Virus record (IMG/VR): IMGVR_UViG_3300045988_117002
Reading direction: 5' to 3' (one strand)
Source: a virus
Length of the DNA: 64,000 nucleotides
This document shows positions 61,922 through 64,000 of the stretch, one piece after another (within the stretch, counting starts at the first letter, position 1; each line of letters opens with the position of its first letter). Position numbers and translations under genes: made by a program. The notes under the pieces were generated by a model, which was given only the letters and a program-made list of their open reading frames with translations, was not told where the DNA came from and ran no database searches.

Positions 61922-64000
61922 ATGTTATATGATGTAAACTTAGGAATTAGAGATTATTTTACATATACTGATGCAATGTTAAATAATAGTTTATTTAGTT
62001 TTTTTCTTAAAAATAATGGGTTGAAAATTCATAAAAGTAAAAATAAAAAAAATGAAAGCACACGTGATATTATTTGTTTAGATTATGAATTCGGCAGTCG
62101 CTCATATGAAGAAGAAAAACAACGACTTGAAAAATTATTCAAAAATTCTGATGACATTTCTAAAGAACGAATAAAAAATACACTTCAAAAAGTAGAGTCT
62201 CAAAAAGATTTATATTCCCCTAAAAAACGTGATGAAATTCGTGAATATTTTTATGAAAATGGTGTTGATGTAACTTATAGACGAAAATCACATAATGAAA
62301 CTATTGAAGAGGAAACAATTCATTATGAAATGTTATTTCGGACAAGTGCAAAAGCTAAATTGGGACAAGTAATTTTTATTAATAGTAAATTATATGATAT
62401 TGCTTATGATTGGTTAACAATTGGACTTGGTAAGAAAATGCAATATGATAATGCAAAAATTGTGGAAATGTCAGCATATGCACCTCTCACTACATCTACT
62501 ATTGTTGGAACAATTTATATTCCGGTTGAAGATATTTTAATTTTAAAAGATCAAGATTCATTTTTTAAAACAATTGCAAATGTGGTAAAAGCTGAAGAAT
62601 ATGTTGATAAAAATAAAAAGACTCAAAAGAAATGTATTGTGTCAAAAGAAGAACGAGAAGTAAAAAACACTATTTGGGATGGAATGGCATTAATTGAAGC
62701 TGATGCTAAATATTTAAAACTTCCTTCTTTTGTTAATGGAATGGCATTATTGAGACAACATTTGTTTAAAGCATGTAGTTTTAAAGCATATTTACAATTA
62801 TTTTTTCAACAATGGTGTAGAGAAAATGGACATGATTATAATACATACAGAGTTCAAGATATGTTTGGCAAATGGCATTATCTAAAAGATATTAAAATGA
62901 TTACTACTGATAATGCAATTAAATGGAAAAAATTTGCGGATTTAATGGGGAATAACTTAACAGAAGCATATGAATATTGGTGTGATAAAATTCGTGCAGA
63001 TAAAAATGTTTGGGGAATTGTAAAAACAGACCACCCAAGTAAACTTGGAGAATATCAACAACTTAGTTATCAAATGATAAATACCCTTCCTTGTACAAGT
63101 GATGATGTTAAAGATATTGCAAAAATAAGCATTGATTATATAGAAACACTAAAACAAAATAATGATGAGTTTGAAAAGTTTCTTAGAAAAAACGCAAATG
63201 AAGTAAATCATTATGAAATGTTAGCTGATTTATATGCACAAAACCATAATTTTGGAAATAGTAAATTTTTTAGATATGAAAAAAAAGAAATTATTAAGCA
63301 ATATGTTTTTCGTATGAGAAAAGGAAAGATTATGGTAAACGGTGATAATCTTACTGTATGTGGTAATCCATATGCATTACTACTTTATTCGGTTGGTGAA
63401 AATTTTGAAAAAGATCCTTGCTTTAGTCAAGAATTTGGAACTATACAATGTTATACAAAACGTTTTGGTAACAATGAGTATCTAGCAGCATTTCGTAATC
63501 CACATAATTCCCCAAATAATGTTTGTTATTTACATAATGTATATTCTAATGAAATGGAAAAATATTTTCCATTTAGCAAAAACATTATTGCTATAAATTG
63601 TATTCGTACTGATATTCAAGATAGAGCTAACGGGATGGATGAAGATTCGGATTTTATGTTAGTTACAAATCAGCCAACAATTGTGAGATGTGCAAAAGAA
63701 TGTTATGAAAATTTCCCGACTATTGTAAATGCTTTAAAAGAATCTGGAATCACATATACAAATAGTAAAAAAGATTATGCCGCGATGGATAATAAGTTTT
63801 CAAAATCACGTATGGGAATTGGATATTCAAGCAACCTAGCGCAATTGGCAATGACGTATTATTGGACGGAAAAGCATAAAGAAGATCCAGATAAATCACG
63901 TTTAAAAGAATTATATGATAATTTTATTATTCTATCAGTTCTTGCGCAAGTTATTATTGATGGATGTAAACGAGAATATGAAATTGATAGTAATAAAGAA
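61922..64000 (+). CDS. YonO/RdRP-like single-subunit RNA polymerase, N-terminal ~690 aa (continues past the window end)
   Basis: Hand-translated open frame to 64000. FRNPHNSPNNV and NGMDEDSDFMLVT match the RdRP/YonO signatures RNPxxHPGD and sGxDxDGDxYxV (DxDxD metal loop). First ATG is 61922, but ATT 61880 lies 9 nt after GGGGG of a TGGGGGTGAG SD and just after an in-frame TGA. Confidence 0.6.
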   Translation, partial: MLYDVNLGIRDYFTYTDAMLNNSLFSFFLKNNGLKIHKSKNKKNESTRDIICLDYEFGSRSYEEEKQRLEKLFKNSDDISKERIKNTLQKVESQKDLYSPKKRDEIREYFYENGVDVTYRRKSHNETIEEETIHYEMLFRTSAKAKLGQVIFINSKLYDIAYDWLTIGLGKKMQYDNAKIVEMSAYAPLTTSTIVGTIYIPVEDILILKDQDSFFKTIANVVKAEEYVDKNKKTQKKCIVSKEEREVKNTIWDGMALIEADAKYLKLPSFVNGMALLRQHLFKACSFKAYLQLFFQQWCRENGHDYNTYRVQDMFGKWHYLKDIKMITTDNAIKWKKFADLMGNNLTEAYEYWCDKIRADKNVWGIVKTDHPSKLGEYQQLSYQMINTLPCTSDDVKDIAKISIDYIETLKQNNDEFEKFLRKNANEVNHYEMLADLYAQNHNFGNSKFFRYEKKEIIKQYVFRMRKGKIMVNGDNLTVCGNPYALLLYSVGENFEKDPCFSQEFGTIQCYTKRFGNNEYLAAFRNPHNSPNNVCYLHNVYSNEMEKYFPFSKNIIAINCIRTDIQDRANGMDEDSDFMLVTNQPTIVRCAKECYENFPTIVNALKESGITYTNSKKDYAAMDNKFSKSRMGIGYSSNLAQLAMTYYWTEKHKEDPDKSRLKELYDNFIILSVLAQVIIDGCKREYEIDSNKE

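Noticed and set aside
1-64000. Alternative genetic code (stop-codon reassignment), suggested by an in-frame TAA and several broken genes
   Set aside because: TAA, TAG and TGA all terminate well-supported genes here, with tight gene-to-gene junctions. The disruptions are isolated and better explained as mutations or sequencing errors.

Overview
AT-rich, very gene-dense DNA that reads as part of a large Firmicutes-type phage or prophage genome (strong GGAGG-type SD sites, standard stop codons, more than 100 small ORFs). Positions 1-52.2 kb are one leftward (minus-strand) block. It carries a DNA-modification cluster (Dam-like MTase, SNF2 helicase, NUMOD4/HNH homing endonuclease, N4/N6 MTase, truncated C5-MTase), a radical-SAM + SLOG pair, a sigma-like/DUF262 fusion next to a ParB-like protein, and a tRNA-Met(CAU). 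It also holds an accessory cluster at 23.7-30.5 kb with a MazF toxin and divergent XRE regulator, a frameshifted DUF262 gene, TnpB, a core-only tyrosine recombinase and an RHH repressor. From 53.3 kb genes run rightward: an RHH regulator, an ANT antirepressor, a GIY-YIG protein, a dCMP-deaminase-like protein and the N-terminal ~690 aa of a YonO/RdRP-like single-subunit RNA polymerase that runs off the window. The two blocks are separated by about 4.3 kb that is almost non-coding. This comprises a hairpin-rich ~1 kb control region (52.2-53.3 kb) and a 2.6-kb gene desert (53.95-56.5 kb) with mirror-image three-letter base composition around a palindromic core. The most unusual signals are that desert, 13 perfect copies of TGAAA-N6-TTTCA sitting only in intercistronic gaps of the leftward block, apparent AUU/AUA start codons, a family of RHH regulators with GGTAC-core operators, and an orphan MazF module. 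All functional calls come from motifs read by eye. No searches were run.
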